From positions 72,267 to 136,266 of the IMG/VR virus record IMGVR_UViG_3300035698_012962: DNA of 64,000 nucleotides. One strand, written 5' to 3'. Under the pieces are notes generated by a model that had not been told where the DNA came from, made no database searches, and saw only the letters and a program-made list of their open reading frames with translations. Below, in pieces: positions 21,689 to 33,362 of this stretch (its first letter is position 1; every line of letters starts with the position of its first letter). This DNA comes from a virus. A program made the position numbers and the translations under genes.

Positions 21689-23498
21689 TTATTTATCCAT
21701 GAGGTCTGTGATTAAAAGGTAAGCGCCTAATAATGTAAATACAGGCCATAGTATTATTACTATTATTGTTAATGGAATTGCAACGGGTAAGGTTACATCA
21801 TTACATCTATCAATGTATTTTCTCAATGAAAAATCCATAACAATTCCTAAAAAAAGTATTCCTATTAGTAAATAAGTGATCATAATTAATAATGTTTATT
21901 TGTAAATTTACCTTGTCTAAAATTATATCTATATCTATCATCTATGGATATTTGATGAAACTCATTTTCATTTACTTTCCATTTAAACGGAACATCTTTT
22001 TTGATATATCCAACTAAAATATATTGTGGAATTGATTTTTCAATGAAATGTTTTTCAGTTACTTTTATATAAACTGTTTGAGATGTTCCTAATACATAAT
22101 CACTTAGGGCAAAACTAATACTAATAAATATAAGTCCCCACCCGATGATACAAATTTGATAAAAAAGCCCAAAGTTCCAATATCGAACTAGTTTTAATAT
22201 ATACTTTTTCATTCACTATCTCCATTTTTCAAACCATTCATATATATATATGGTACAGTGAAAGCCATACTACCAAACCATCCTACGAAAAATTCATCAA
22301 ATTCCAAAGTTCTCATAATAATTACAACTATAATGGCAAATAGAAATCCAACAGTAAATTGTTTTAGTGCATTTTTTAAACTCATAGTTCTCGTTTTCCC
22401 TTAAAAATTTCTAATTTATCATTAATGTTTTTAATTATACGTCTACCCATTTCTAGTTTCGATATGTTAATATTATAATCATATAACGTATCAATCTCTT
22501 CGTTGACAGACGGTATAACCTTATCTAATGTGAATTCTGCTAACAGTTTTCTAGCATAATCCTCTGTAGTACCAGCTTCTTCAACCAATAATGTTAATAG
22601 TGTATGTTCAACTACGTCTTTTCTTGTAATCATAATTTTTCAGTTAAGGATTCTTTAATATTATTTCGAACAAACTCTTGTCCATTCAGACTTGACAACT
22701 TATATGATTTTTCAATGAGAGCTGATATTACATTTGGCGCACATAAATGATCTACACGGTTCATATTAATAGTCACTTGTGAACCAAATACATTACTGTG
22801 TGTTACTAAATCACCATCTACTCTCAATCCCATTTCTTTAAGAGAACGGATGCAGTAATCTTTATTTTCTTGTTTATCCATTTTTATCCTCTTCTATTGG
22901 TTCATCTGGTCTTCTGTTTAGTAATAGTTTTTCTTTAATATTTACTTCTACACCACTATGTTCAACAAAATCGTTTACTATCCAACCAGCTTTACCAATT
23001 AATAGTCCTGGTTTTCGTAACTCTACTGTAAGAGTGTTTGTTGCTTCATCGTATGATAAATCAGTAACGCCCATTGTAAAGGTATTTGAAACTCCCTCTT
23101 TCCCAGGATAATCATATACGCCATCAAAGTAAGTTGTAAATGAAGATTTCACTTCCCATTCTTTTACTGTTTTTTCTGTTTTCATAGTTTAACATTAGTT
23201 TATCGTTTGTGTTGTTAACATACAAAAATACTCTATCAATGTCAAATTAAAAATTTAAAACTACCATTTCATTTAGTTGTTGTTCAATATCCATTGATAA
23301 GTTATATACTTCCATCACTATAGACATTGATTCCGCATCATTGTATTGCTCATATAAAAGTTCTGCTTCTTCTTTTGATGTTGCATATATAGGATAATCT
23401 ATATAATCAAACGTATCACATACAACCAACATATGAGTTGCATTCTTTTCATCTTTTTTATGTAACCAATGTCTAATTTGATTTTCTAATGTCGTCAT
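21689..23498 (-). CDS. Cluster of small hypothetical proteins, including a KH-domain-like protein (22874..23185)
   Basis: Co-oriented small ORFs; RKPGLLIGKAG GxxG loop; promoter TTGACA at 23245. Confidence 0.6.
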
Positions 23499-23503
23499 AT
23501 TTT

Positions 23504-24580
23504 TTATTTATCAAGCCTCCACCCTACGAATACAGGAAATCTAGGAATACCATCATCTGTCCATTCAAAGAATCTTATCTCTGCTGTTTTTCCAATATGT
23601 TCTTTTTTGTTTCTCAAAAGTTCTTCACGCTCTTCATGTGATAGTTTTGGATTTGCTTTAAACGTTTTTCCATTTTCTAATTCACATACTACAACACCTT
23701 GTTCTGGTCTTGCATCTGAAGGTTCAATATCAATTACTCTTACCGCTTCATCAATAAAATCTTTAAACTTTAATAAACTATCACATCTACCATTTACTTT
23801 ATATCCTTTGTTACCATGTCGGAGAATAGTTCCCTCATATCCTTCAGAAAGTAATTGAGTGTGTAATCTATCCAATTCCTCTTTAGATTTTAATTCCACA
23901 TTTTCTACTACTCTAATATGTTCTCGTGGATGTGTAGTTACGATACGAAGTAATTCATTGTACCTTTGGATAAATGGTTCTTCTGAAATAAGGTCATATA
24001 GATGGAACTTTACTTTTTCGGTTTTACCTTTTCTGTATTTCTTTATCATCTTCATATTTTCTTGAAAGGAATGCCCGTGAGCGTACAATTCTCCATCCAA
24101 CACCACATCAGGCAACCCTTTCAAATCTTCTTTAATATGATCTACTGTTTCAATTTCTACACCACCCCTCGATTGAAATTTCACTTTACCATTACGAATA
24201 ATAGCCGTACATCTCATCCCATCTAATTTTGGTTGTCCAATAACAACACCATTCCAATCTATTTTCTTATAATGATCATCAAATGATTTTGCTAACATAG
24301 GTAATATCACTTCCTCATTTTCTGCCTCATCCTTTGTTTGGAAGTATCCCTTATCTATCTTTTTATTAATTGTAGATTCGGCTTCTGAAATTGCCTGCTC
24401 ATCTGGCGTTGTTTCATTTGATCTACCAACGTTCTTTGCCTTTGCAACCTTTCTATGTTCAACAGGATTATCAGTTCCATCAATTCCACTTTGTTGAACT
24501 ATCTCAGAACCTTCAGTAAATATTGTGAAGAATCTTATATTATCTTTTGAATCTTTTTTGTATAACGTAATCGGTTTCAT
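23504..24580 (-). CDS. ATP-dependent DNA ligase
   Basis: PMLA, QPKLDGMRC, SRGG, LDGELY, GYEGTILR, LLKFK, PRFPVF. Confidence 0.93.
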   Translation of the reverse strand: MKPITLYKKDSKDNIRFFTIFTEGSEIVQQSGIDGTDNPVEHRKVAKAKNVGRSNETTPDEQAISEAESTINKKIDKGYFQTKDEAENEEVILPMLAKSFDDHYKKIDWNGVVIGQPKLDGMRCTAIIRNGKVKFQSRGGVEIETVDHIKEDLKGLPDVVLDGELYAHGHSFQENMKMIKKYRKGKTEKVKFHLYDLISEEPFIQRYNELLRIVTTHPREHIRVVENVELKSKEELDRLHTQLLSEGYEGTILRHGNKGYKVNGRCDSLLKFKDFIDEAVRVIDIEPSDARPEQGVVVCELENGKTFKANPKLSHEEREELLRNKKEHIGKTAEIRFFEWTDDGIPRFPVFVGWRLDK

Positions 24581-24605
24581 ATATTATTTTGTTTATTTAT
24601 TTAGT

Positions 24606-25241
24606 TTAAAATGGTGCAAATAAAATCGTTGGATTATTTTTCTGGATATCATCATTAGTCAATCCAAACTCCTTTATTGCAGGTAACTGTAAAAACTTTT
24701 TGATGTTGAACGGTTCCGTTAAAATATGTAATCCGTTCGGTGTTGGAATAGTTTCTAATCTTTGATATTTTTGATGTTGATCATTTGTATGTAACGTATC
24801 AATGATAAAACAAATACCATCATATACAGTTTCAAATAATCTATTAGAATCATAATCATCTCTATCTAAATCAATAATCCATCTTTTACGTGATTCAGAT
24901 TGAGTCCTCCCACATGCTTTACTGAATGCCTTCCGTGTAAATTCAAACTGTTTATTCTTTAGAATATCCACCATTTGCTTTAACATTTCAACGTATACAT
25001 CTTCCCAACTTCGTCTACTCATTCGAATATAGGCTCTTGCAGTAAAAAATGTACAGAGTTCTTTGATATGCTCTTCATGTGATTCTAAATAATCCATATT
25101 AGATACATAAAAATCCTTAATCGTTTTTACTGATTTTGAATCTTTGTTCTCTTTTTTCCTGGCAAGTAACTGAATATAGTAGAATTTACTAGGATCGGTA
25201 AAATCCAAGAGTGGTTTGATAAGATTAAAATTATCCGTCAT
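24606..25241 (-). CDS. Hypothetical protein with AEP/primase-like motifs
   Basis: WIIDLD and TPNGLHIL resemble the AEP DxD and sxH motifs. Confidence 0.4.
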   Translation of the reverse strand: MTDNFNLIKPLLDFTDPSKFYYIQLLARKKENKDSKSVKTIKDFYVSNMDYLESHEEHIKELCTFFTARAYIRMSRRSWEDVYVEMLKQMVDILKNKQFEFTRKAFSKACGRTQSESRKRWIIDLDRDDYDSNRLFETVYDGICFIIDTLHTNDQHQKYQRLETIPTPNGLHILTEPFNIKKFLQLPAIKEFGLTNDDIQKNNPTILFAPF

Positions 25242-26449
25242 TATCCTTTTTCTGTTTTAATTTTTTTAATGTGTACTCTAACTGGTCTACAATTTGATTA
25301 TAGAATTTAGGAAATTCATCTCTTATTCGTTCCATTTCTCCATTAAATGGATTAACATCTATTACTGTATTTCCAATGTGAACATATACAGTTTTGTCAT
25401 CAGCGTGTCTTGTTCTATGAACTTTGGTTTGTGCTAGTGCATAATCAAACCGATCCATTTTACCTTTAGATATGTACTTGTCTATATCTTCTACAAATTC
25501 GACGGGGTTATCTTCTATTTCATGCCACCTATCGTTATATACTGTAATTGTTGTTAAGAATCCCATAATTATTTTAATATTTTATTGTTGTTTTCTTGCT
25601 TCTATAATTTTGGGAAGATGAGTATTAATATTATTAGTTATCCCATCTTTCTTCCACCTAACATTATTTTGTATATGTAGTTGTTTTAGCTTGTATCTTA
25701 ATCTGTTGTATAGTGATGGTGTCTGTGGCATGATGTATTTATTATTTAGAAATTGTAGTCGTGGAACTTATACGGTTTCTCAGTTGGTTGAAATACATTA
25801 TATCCTGCTCCCCAATCATACACTTCATTGTATATTCTGGTTTGAGTTGTATCATCCCATCCTTTAAATATCTTTCTTGGATTTTTCTTTTTCCTTAGTC
25901 TCACAGTCTTACCATTTGGGTTACTCTCATAAAAGTATCTCTGTGATCGTTGGTTGGAACAATGGGCGGCAAACCCACCAATATGAAAATCAGGCTTCCA
26001 TGTTGGGTCAAGTTTGGATTTCATTGAACGTACTACAACAGTTTGTTCTGATATCACTTCAACCGTTTCATACGGGAAAGCATCAGAACCAATAGGGAGT
26101 GTAAAATATTCGGGTACTTCAACTTCTTTTCCTTTTTTTGTTTTCATTGTTTTCATAACTACTTAGATTAGGTTATCATTAACTCAACATTTATAATGTA
26201 GTAAGAATTTATATTAATGTCAAGTTCTATTTAATCTCTTAAATGATTTAAAGAAATCTGTGGTTCCATAATCGGATGAGATAATTCTGCTTTGGGGTGT
26301 TCCAATTTAGCTTCTTCAATTGAATCATAACTACCCAAAAAGGATTTTTTGGATTGTCCTGCTAACACTGAACTCTTATGATAATAACTCCAACCATATA
26401 CAACGTATTCAGTTTCCTTTTCTATAATTGTTTTATATAAGTAACTCAT
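25231..26449 (-). CDS. Three hypothetical proteins (25231..25566, 25746..26156, 26231..26449)
   Basis: The last two each lie directly below a conserved promoter-leader element. Confidence 0.65.
26166..26223 (-). promoter_or_regulatory. Conserved early promoter-leader element, copy 1
   Basis: TTGACA-N17-TACATT...GAGTTAATGATAACCTAATC. Confidence 0.85.
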
Positions 26450-26469
26450 TTATTTCACCATTTCTAAAC

Positions 26470-26520
26470 GTTATCATTAACTCACTACTATAATGTAGTG
26501 GTTATTTACCTTAATGTCAA
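26470..26520 (-). promoter_or_regulatory. Promoter-leader element, copy 2
   Basis: TTGACA-N17-TACATT...GAGTTAATGATAAC. Confidence 0.85.
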
Positions 26521-26646
26521 GTACTATTTAGTGAGCAGAGTTTTAAATGTTTTGTTATACTCTGATAAAGTAGTACCATGCTCATACCAATCTAATGGTA
26601 ATAAGATTAAATAACTAAATGGAATTAATATAACATAATACTAGTA

Positions 26647-27693
26647 TTAAAAAATTAATGTTTGTTTTAGTTTTTCTATTTGTTTTAAAGCTTTTGGTGT
26701 ACGTGTATCATAACCACCTTCCAATGTTATGTACTCAATATTCTTCATTCTTAAAATTGTTCGAAGTGTTCTATCAAGCTCATTCCTGTTTTTCTCAGGC
26801 ATCCTTGTTCCATCTTGTTCCCATTTTATTCCGTTTGGTGAACAATAGATATACATATCACCTACTCTATAATTTTTCTGATATGCCTTCATATCAATAG
26901 GATTTTCATCAAAACAGTATATACCATATGACATTGTCGTATGAACATCCGTATCCATAATTATAAATGGTGTTAGTTTCTTTCTAACACTTTGATACCG
27001 TTTATAATGTTTTTCTAAAATAGTATGTAACATTTTAAATTCAAAATCAGCTGAATCATCAACGAGTTCTCTTCCCACCTCACTTACCATACTTACTATA
27101 TCAGTTCCGTACGAATGTAATAAGTTATTTACTAATGTAGTTTTTCCTGTTGATTCAGTACCTACTACTACAATAGTTTTTTGAAGAGATTGTTTTACCG
27201 TATCTGGTAGATACTCCCAATTAGCTACCCAGTCAAATCGAATATCAGTTGATGAAATTGGAAATATTTTCCGTTCTTCATCGAACATTTCATGTGATAT
27301 ATTCATATACTCTGCAACGTAATCACCGTATTTTTCCGATGAAACTATTACATCCAAATCATTATATATGATACTATATCTACTTATTTCTTTTAACTTA
27401 TTTGCCCACACTTTTGATACTTCACGTGAACTCTCGGTAGCAGAAACCAATCCATCTACACCTTCTTTGTATTCAAATATATCTACCCATAAATCACTTG
27501 GTTTGTAATCTAGGCTTCGTACCCACTCAAATCGTTCCCAGCCATCTATTGATTCAGATTCTTCCGAACATATTAGGACAATCGTTTCATCTGCAATACT
27601 TCTTGCATATTCAATTAATGCTACATGCCCTTTATGTAATGGACAAAATTTACCAAGAACTAAAGCCTTCCTATATTTTTTTGTTTGTTCCAT
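26647..27693 (-). CDS. nadR: NadR-like bifunctional NMN adenylyltransferase / ribosylnicotinamide kinase
   Basis: GKFCPLHKGH (HxGH), ISSTDIR, P-loop GTESTGKTT, DTD, WEQDGTR; no N-terminal HTH. Confidence 0.9.
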   Translation of the reverse strand: MEQTKKYRKALVLGKFCPLHKGHVALIEYARSIADETIVLICSEESESIDGWERFEWVRSLDYKPSDLWVDIFEYKEGVDGLVSATESSREVSKVWANKLKEISRYSIIYNDLDVIVSSEKYGDYVAEYMNISHEMFDEERKIFPISSTDIRFDWVANWEYLPDTVKQSLQKTIVVVGTESTGKTTLVNNLLHSYGTDIVSMVSEVGRELVDDSADFEFKMLHTILEKHYKRYQSVRKKLTPFIIMDTDVHTTMSYGIYCFDENPIDMKAYQKNYRVGDMYIYCSPNGIKWEQDGTRMPEKNRNELDRTLRTILRMKNIEYITLEGGYDTRTPKALKQIEKLKQTLIF

Positions 27694-28241
27694 TGATATA
27701 GACCCCATATCGCGTTTATTAATAAAATTATGTATTGAATAACTACTATATACATATCTACCATTAGATACACATAAATAGCTACAATATCAACTACTAT
27801 CCATAATATCCACGATTCTATTCTCCGATATGCTAATAAAACCACAGCCATCATAGATCCCCACCAAATAAAAGAATCAAGATATGGATATTGTACTATT
27901 CCAAAAATTTCGGTTAAATATGTAGAGTTAGATAATAAATAACCAAATACTATCGCTCCCATTATGGATACATAAAAAGAAAGAGCTATTGCATATTTAT
28001 TTGACCATTTAATATGGTGGCCGTTATATGAACTATCTCTCCATGTCCATAACCCAACAATAGAAACAATAATGAAATATAATTGAAGTAATACACTACC
28101 AACTAAACCTACACTATAAAATAAATAAGTGAATAGTATTACACTTATTAAACTATATACCCATGTTACTTTATCGTTTAATCTAGCATACCATGCAGCT
28201 AATAGGCCAGTAATTACTGCAACTGTTTCAATAATTAACAT
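27660..28241 (-). CDS. pnuC: PnuC-family nicotinamide riboside transporter
   Basis: Multi-TM; LQLYF..S..GLW.W, PYLDS, ESWILWIVVD. Confidence 0.9.
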   Translation of the reverse strand: MLIIETVAVITGLLAAWYARLNDKVTWVYSLISVILFTYLFYSVGLVGSVLLQLYFIIVSIVGLWTWRDSSYNGHHIKWSNKYAIALSFYVSIMGAIVFGYLLSNSTYLTEIFGIVQYPYLDSFIWWGSMMAVVLLAYRRIESWILWIVVDIVAIYVYLMVDMYIVVIQYIILLINAIWGLYQWNKQKNIGRL

Positions 28242-30220
28242 CAGAAGTTATATTTAACAGTTGTAAAGTAATTTCTAGGTGACTGAATATGATATCTTGG
28301 TTCACCATCAAACATATCCACATATCCATTTGTAAAGTATCTTTCATCAGTAACATTATTAATGTATAATGATATTGTTATATCTTTTACATCAAGAGAT
28401 AATCTCAAATCAGTTACAAAAAATCCATCTATAACCTCTGTATTAGAAAAATCTATATAGGATTCCCCTTGATACCTTAACGTAGTTCCTACGTTAAATT
28501 TGCCCAATCTAACATCAATTAAATTGTTTACAATGAATTCTGGTGATAGAATAGGTTTAAATGAATTACCTTGATCTTTAATTCTATTATCACTAAAACT
28601 TCCGTTTAATCCGTATTGAAATCTATCACTATTAAACATATAATCAAATTCAACCCCACTTCGAACAGAAGTTTCTACATTTTGTGTAAGAGCTATTCCA
28701 TTCGGACCGAATTGGCCGTTCAATGTAATTTCATTTCGAAAATCCATATAATATCCATTCAAAGTAAATACATTTCTATCAGATCGTAATCGTACTCCCA
28801 CTTCGTAATTGGTTACATACTCAGGTTGAGTTTGATATACTTCAACTAAATTATCTTCACCACCGAACATATCATTTCTTGTTGGTTCTCTACCTGTGCT
28901 ACCTACGCTAGTATACACATTAAATAATCCCAATGTATAACTAGCACCAATTCTAGGATTAAAAAATAACCATGTTTGTTTATCCATCTGTACATCTCCT
29001 TCATACAAAAAGTTTGTATATCTTAATTGGAAATCCCCAAATAAAGTAAATCGGTTAATATCATTTTCAATTCGTTGATGTACACTTACTTCGTTTCTAA
29101 TACCCGTGTTTTGATATAACTCACCTAATTGTAATTCGGACCCGACGTGTCTTCGTTCATAATTATTTAAATGAATACCAGTAACAGATTCTAAACCATT
29201 GTTAACGTAAATGAGATTTGTAAAAGTACCGATCCAACCTGATCGTAAGTCGTAATTATAAAATTCATTGGTTGCAAATTCAGTTCCACTCAATCCTAAG
29301 AAAGCATCTAAATCAAAATCGTAATTACCTTCTAAAAAGTTATAATAAAAAGCGTTTTGTAGTTGGAATCTATCAGATAGAGTTACATTAGTTTGTACAG
29401 ATACCATTCCTTGTGTAAAACTATCATCTTCATTTTTAGTATTTACATTAGTCTGTGGTCTTTGATTTATTTGCTCCAATGGAACTCCTAACCAACCCAT
29501 ACCATTTCGTTGCCTTCCAATGAAGGAAACAAGTTTAATGTTATATGATGGTTTATAATAACCAGAAGAATAAAAAACAGATTGAGAATTATTCCATACA
29601 TTATCTCTATAACCATCTGATTCGATATGGGAAATACGTACATAAGTTCCTACCTCAGAATTAATTCCTGTGTTATGTTCAATAGAAAATCGTTTTGAAT
29701 TGAAAGAACCCAATCCTATATTAAAGTTTGTATATTTATCATCCCATAGAGAAGGAGACGATAACTGAACAGATCCACCATAAGATGCCGTACCATTCTG
29801 CGTCATTCCGGTTCCTCTTTGAATTTGTACTGAACTTACAGAACTAAATATGTCAGGATAATTTGAAAAGTAAACACCCTGATCTTCAGGTTCGTTTAAT
29901 GGCATTCCATCTAATGTCATATTTAATCTGGTTTGATCTATCCCACGTAATCTAAAATAAGAATAACCATTACCACTACCCGCATCCGAGTACGTAGTAA
30001 ATCCTGGCGTATTCCGTAAGATAAGGGAAGGTTCTTGTCCATAATTCACCTTTTGTATTTCTCTCTGTGAAATAGTGCGGAAAGAGATAGGTGTAGTTGG
30101 TGTTGCTCGATATGTGATAATCACATCATCCATAGTATATAAACTATCTGGATTAACTGTTGATTGCCCATACAGAGATGTACTCACAAAGAGTGTTAGT
30201 ATTAAAAATAACGATTTCAT
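28241..30220 (-). CDS. TonB-dependent outer-membrane receptor
   Basis: Signal peptide; plug LRGIDQTR...DGMPLNEPED...VQIQRG; C-terminal NNVTDERY...PRNYFTTVKYNF. Confidence 0.92.
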   Translation of the reverse strand: MKSLFLILTLFVSTSLYGQSTVNPDSLYTMDDVIITYRATPTTPISFRTISQREIQKVNYGQEPSLILRNTPGFTTYSDAGSGNGYSYFRLRGIDQTRLNMTLDGMPLNEPEDQGVYFSNYPDIFSSVSSVQIQRGTGMTQNGTASYGGSVQLSSPSLWDDKYTNFNIGLGSFNSKRFSIEHNTGINSEVGTYVRISHIESDGYRDNVWNNSQSVFYSSGYYKPSYNIKLVSFIGRQRNGMGWLGVPLEQINQRPQTNVNTKNEDDSFTQGMVSVQTNVTLSDRFQLQNAFYYNFLEGNYDFDLDAFLGLSGTEFATNEFYNYDLRSGWIGTFTNLIYVNNGLESVTGIHLNNYERRHVGSELQLGELYQNTGIRNEVSVHQRIENDINRFTLFGDFQLRYTNFLYEGDVQMDKQTWLFFNPRIGASYTLGLFNVYTSVGSTGREPTRNDMFGGEDNLVEVYQTQPEYVTNYEVGVRLRSDRNVFTLNGYYMDFRNEITLNGQFGPNGIALTQNVETSVRSGVEFDYMFNSDRFQYGLNGSFSDNRIKDQGNSFKPILSPEFIVNNLIDVRLGKFNVGTTLRYQGESYIDFSNTEVIDGFFVTDLRLSLDVKDITISLYINNVTDERYFTNGYVDMFDGEPRYHIQSPRNYFTTVKYNF

Positions 30221-30238
30221 AACTTATTGTTGTTTTTT

Positions 30239-30343
30239 TTAGTTTTCTTTTATATTTGTGTTACGAGTAACCCAAATTGGTTTGTATTTATATACACTGT
30301 TTAAGTTATCACGAATAGAAATTTCTTTGGGCTCTATATTCAT
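30239..30343 (-). pseudogene. Probable 5' remnant of the nuclease partner of the EcoRI-family MTase
   Basis: ATGA overlap with the MTase stop; MNIEPKEISIRD, then AT-rich sequence and a stop after 34 codons. Confidence 0.45.
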
Positions 30344-31350
30344 AGTCTTTTGTTTCTAATAATTATTCGGGCATAAGGTACTTTAACTTCGCCATCTTTC
30401 ATCATATATAAGTCACCATCAACGGCTCCTCTTTTTTGTACCTCTTTACGGTATTTTTTGTGATCATCTTTGTATGGTTCTACACCTATTTCTAATCCTG
30501 AACTGGATATTCCTAATCCAATTATCTCAAATTGATCTGGATTATGTCTATTTAAAAAGGTTATCGGCACTCCCATATATCCCTCAAAATCTTTAGGTAT
30601 ATGTTTTGTTACATTAACATTGATGGCATCATAGTTATCATATTTCGGGTAGGCATCTTTATTTTCATTATAAGATTTGTAAAGTATAATATCTTCATGC
30701 CTTTTGGCAATGTCTAAGTTAGTGTACCAAAAGGATCTTGCTGTTTCATACATTGAACCGTCTGGTCTTCCAAAATGCCTTACTGTATTGTAGCCAAGCC
30801 ACATTTTATTTGATTTTATTTGTTCAAAACACTCTTTATAAGAAATGGCGTTGATGTTCCCAATTATCAAAAATTTCTTTTCGCATTCGACTAATTGGCT
30901 TACATATTCTCTGAAAAGTGAAAATGGTGGATTGGTTACAACAATATCTGCTTGTTTCAGAAGTTCAATAGATTCTTTCGAGCGAAAGTCTCCGTCTTCT
31001 TTTAACTCTTTAATTCCAATATCGTCAGGGTCTGGAATTTTGTTTCCTTTCTTATCACCATCATACTCAAGGAAGATTGCTTGTTCAGAATCGTGTTGAC
31101 TGAACAAATTCATATCCTGCTTTTTATAGCAAGTTGTTATAAGTTTTTTAAGACCTAATTTTTCAAAGTTATAGGAGAAATAGTGGAAGAAATTACTTAC
31201 TCTTGGGTCATCACAATTGCAGTAAACAACTTTATTTTTAAAATATTCTCGGTAGTGTTTTAACTCTTTTTCTATATCTGAAAGTTGGGTATAAAATTCG
31301 TCCTTTTTCGCGTCTTTTGCTTTGTGTAGATTCTTATTATTGGTTGACAT
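30340..31350 (-). CDS. Adenine-specific DNA methyltransferase, EcoRI family
   Basis: KKDEFYTQ, VYCNCDDP, GDFRS.E, VVTNPPFSLFREY, KYDNYDAINV, MGVPITF; start placed at MSTNNK. Confidence 0.92.
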   Translation of the reverse strand: MSTNNKNLHKAKDAKKDEFYTQLSDIEKELKHYREYFKNKVVYCNCDDPRVSNFFHYFSYNFEKLGLKKLITTCYKKQDMNLFSQHDSEQAIFLEYDGDKKGNKIPDPDDIGIKELKEDGDFRSKESIELLKQADIVVTNPPFSLFREYVSQLVECEKKFLIIGNINAISYKECFEQIKSNKMWLGYNTVRHFGRPDGSMYETARSFWYTNLDIAKRHEDIILYKSYNENKDAYPKYDNYDAINVNVTKHIPKDFEGYMGVPITFLNRHNPDQFEIIGLGISSSGLEIGVEPYKDDHKKYRKEVQKRGAVDGDLYMMKDGEVKVPYARIIIRNKRL

Positions 31351-31647
31351 TTTTAATCTCTTTATAAATAAATTTATTATACCAAATCCAATTACTAACG
31401 TGTTGATGTGACATCTTATCAATATCAACACGGTTACCATCGAATGTTTGAACGTATGATTTCATATCTTTTGTTTTTTACCTGTCCATTTATTATAATC
31501 TTCTTCGTTTACTTTTACCCATTGTTTTGTTTTCGGTTTGTAGATGAAGTATGTATCCATAATGTAGGTATTATTTATTATTAGTTATGTTATATTAATG
31601 TTTTATTTAACATTATGTAATGATAATAGTAAATTAATTTATTAATG

Positions 31648-31893
31648 TCAAATTTTAGTTCTACTAAATGTTTTTATGATACGTTTTCTTACAAATTTAC
31701 GAAGTTTATTTAGTCGATGCTCCAGATCTTCGATTTATTGGAGCATTTCTTTCACTTGTGAATTGTAAGGTCTTCCAAAAGATTCACGAATTTCAACACA
31801 ATCCAAATAATTCATTTCAAGTTGATCATTAATACTATCATATACAGATAGCCACCATTCTAGTGAATACGGGTTTGATTTAAATTTTCTCAT
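31648..31893 (-). pseudogene. Small gene with in-frame TAA at 31735-31737
   Basis: MRKFKSNPYSLEWW...KEMLQ*IEDLEHRLNKLRKF...KI*. Confidence 0.55.
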
Positions 31894-32118
31894 ATTATAT
31901 AGCTTTGAATCAATTTATGACTTTCTTCGTTACATAAATATATTTCATTATTATCCACGTCTACCCCACTTGCAGTAATCGGTTCGTCAAATGCATAGTG
32001 TTCTTCGTCGCCCAGCTCACCTATTGTTCTGTAAACAACGGTATAATTACCCAATTCTTCTTCAGGTAATTTATTGACCCATTCTTTTAATTCTGTTAAT
32101 TTCATAATATATAAACCC

Positions 32119-33231
32119 TCATATTGTAACGTTAATTTTACGTATCCATCCACCACTCACAACGTCATCTCCTTCATAGGAAACTAAAGCCTGTCCAGGT
32201 GTTATTGCATCTCTCCCAACTGGAAAGTGAACGTGTAATTCTGTATCAGATACTTGTGTTATTTCAGAAGACGTTCCATCGTCATTATATCTGATTTTGG
32301 ATATAGCTTCATATTTTTCAGTTGGTATTGAATCATATTTCACCATATTCACCTCATCTACAATACAATCATAACTTACCAACTCTGATTTTTCACCTAC
32401 TGTGATCGTGTTTGTTGTTGGCTCTATATGAGTAACATACAACGGTTCGGTATTAGGTATATTTATCCCTCTACGTTGCCCAATTGTAAACTTATAGTAA
32501 CCCTCATGCTCTCCTATTTTGGCTCCATCTGAGTTAATTATGGAACCACCAGATAGATCACCTGTTAATCTTCCACTCTCTTTGATAAACCTATGATAAT
32601 TATTATCAGGAATAAAGCAGATTTCATAGGAATCAGGTTTGTCAGCAACATTCAACAATCCCCAATCCGTTGCCATATCTCTAATTTCTGTCTTATGATA
32701 AGACCCCAATGGAAATATAGTTCTGGCTAAATGTTTTTGTGACACACCCCAAAGTGCATAAGACTGATCTTTAGAATGATCCTTACCTTTAGAAATTACA
32801 TACCGTCCATTTTCTTCTCGTAAATTCGCATAATGACCTGTTGCAATAAAATCACATCCAAGATCATCTGCTCTACGTAAAAGTGCAGCCCATTTAATAT
32901 GAGTGTTACAAAGTACACACGGGTTTGGTGTTCTACCACTTACATAATCATCAACAAACCGATCAATAACAAATGCACCAAACTCGTCTCTAATGTCTAC
33001 AATGAAATGTTTGAATCCATGTCGGACTGCAACTTGTCTAGCATCATTCATTGATTCAACAGTACAACATCCAACTTCTTTACCTGACTTCACATCTTCT
33101 GGGTTATGAGCCCAAGTTTTCATTGTGATACCTATGATATCATACCCTTGTTTTTTGAGCATAACTGCCCCTACTGTGGAATCTACACCACCCGACATTG
33201 CAAATAAAACTTTTCCTTTATTCATTTTCAT
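32119..33231 (-). CDS. mnmA: tRNA 2-thiouridine(34) synthase
   Basis: AMSGGVDS, GRTPNPCVLCN, IATGHYA, KDQSY, DSYEICF, TIGQRRG, AITPGQ. Confidence 0.96.
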   Translation of the reverse strand: MKMNKGKVLFAMSGGVDSTVGAVMLKKQGYDIIGITMKTWAHNPEDVKSGKEVGCCTVESMNDARQVAVRHGFKHFIVDIRDEFGAFVIDRFVDDYVSGRTPNPCVLCNTHIKWAALLRRADDLGCDFIATGHYANLREENGRYVISKGKDHSKDQSYALWGVSQKHLARTIFPLGSYHKTEIRDMATDWGLLNVADKPDSYEICFIPDNNYHRFIKESGRLTGDLSGGSIINSDGAKIGEHEGYYKFTIGQRRGINIPNTEPLYVTHIEPTTNTITVGEKSELVSYDCIVDEVNMVKYDSIPTEKYEAISKIRYNDDGTSSEITQVSDTELHVHFPVGRDAITPGQALVSYEGDDVVSGGWIRKINVTI

Positions 33232-33362
33232 TATCTACTTTTGACCAATCCACACTAACCACGTATACCGAATAAAACGTCTGTTCGTTTGGTGTTAGTC
33301 GATCACCACGATCTAATTTATCTTCCAACTTTCTGAAATGTATATCAGTATAGATTTCGTAC

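Noticed and set aside
30220-30340. Riboswitch upstream of the TonB-PnuC-NadR operon
   Set aside because: Short AT-rich gap with no TPP or other recognisable aptamer core
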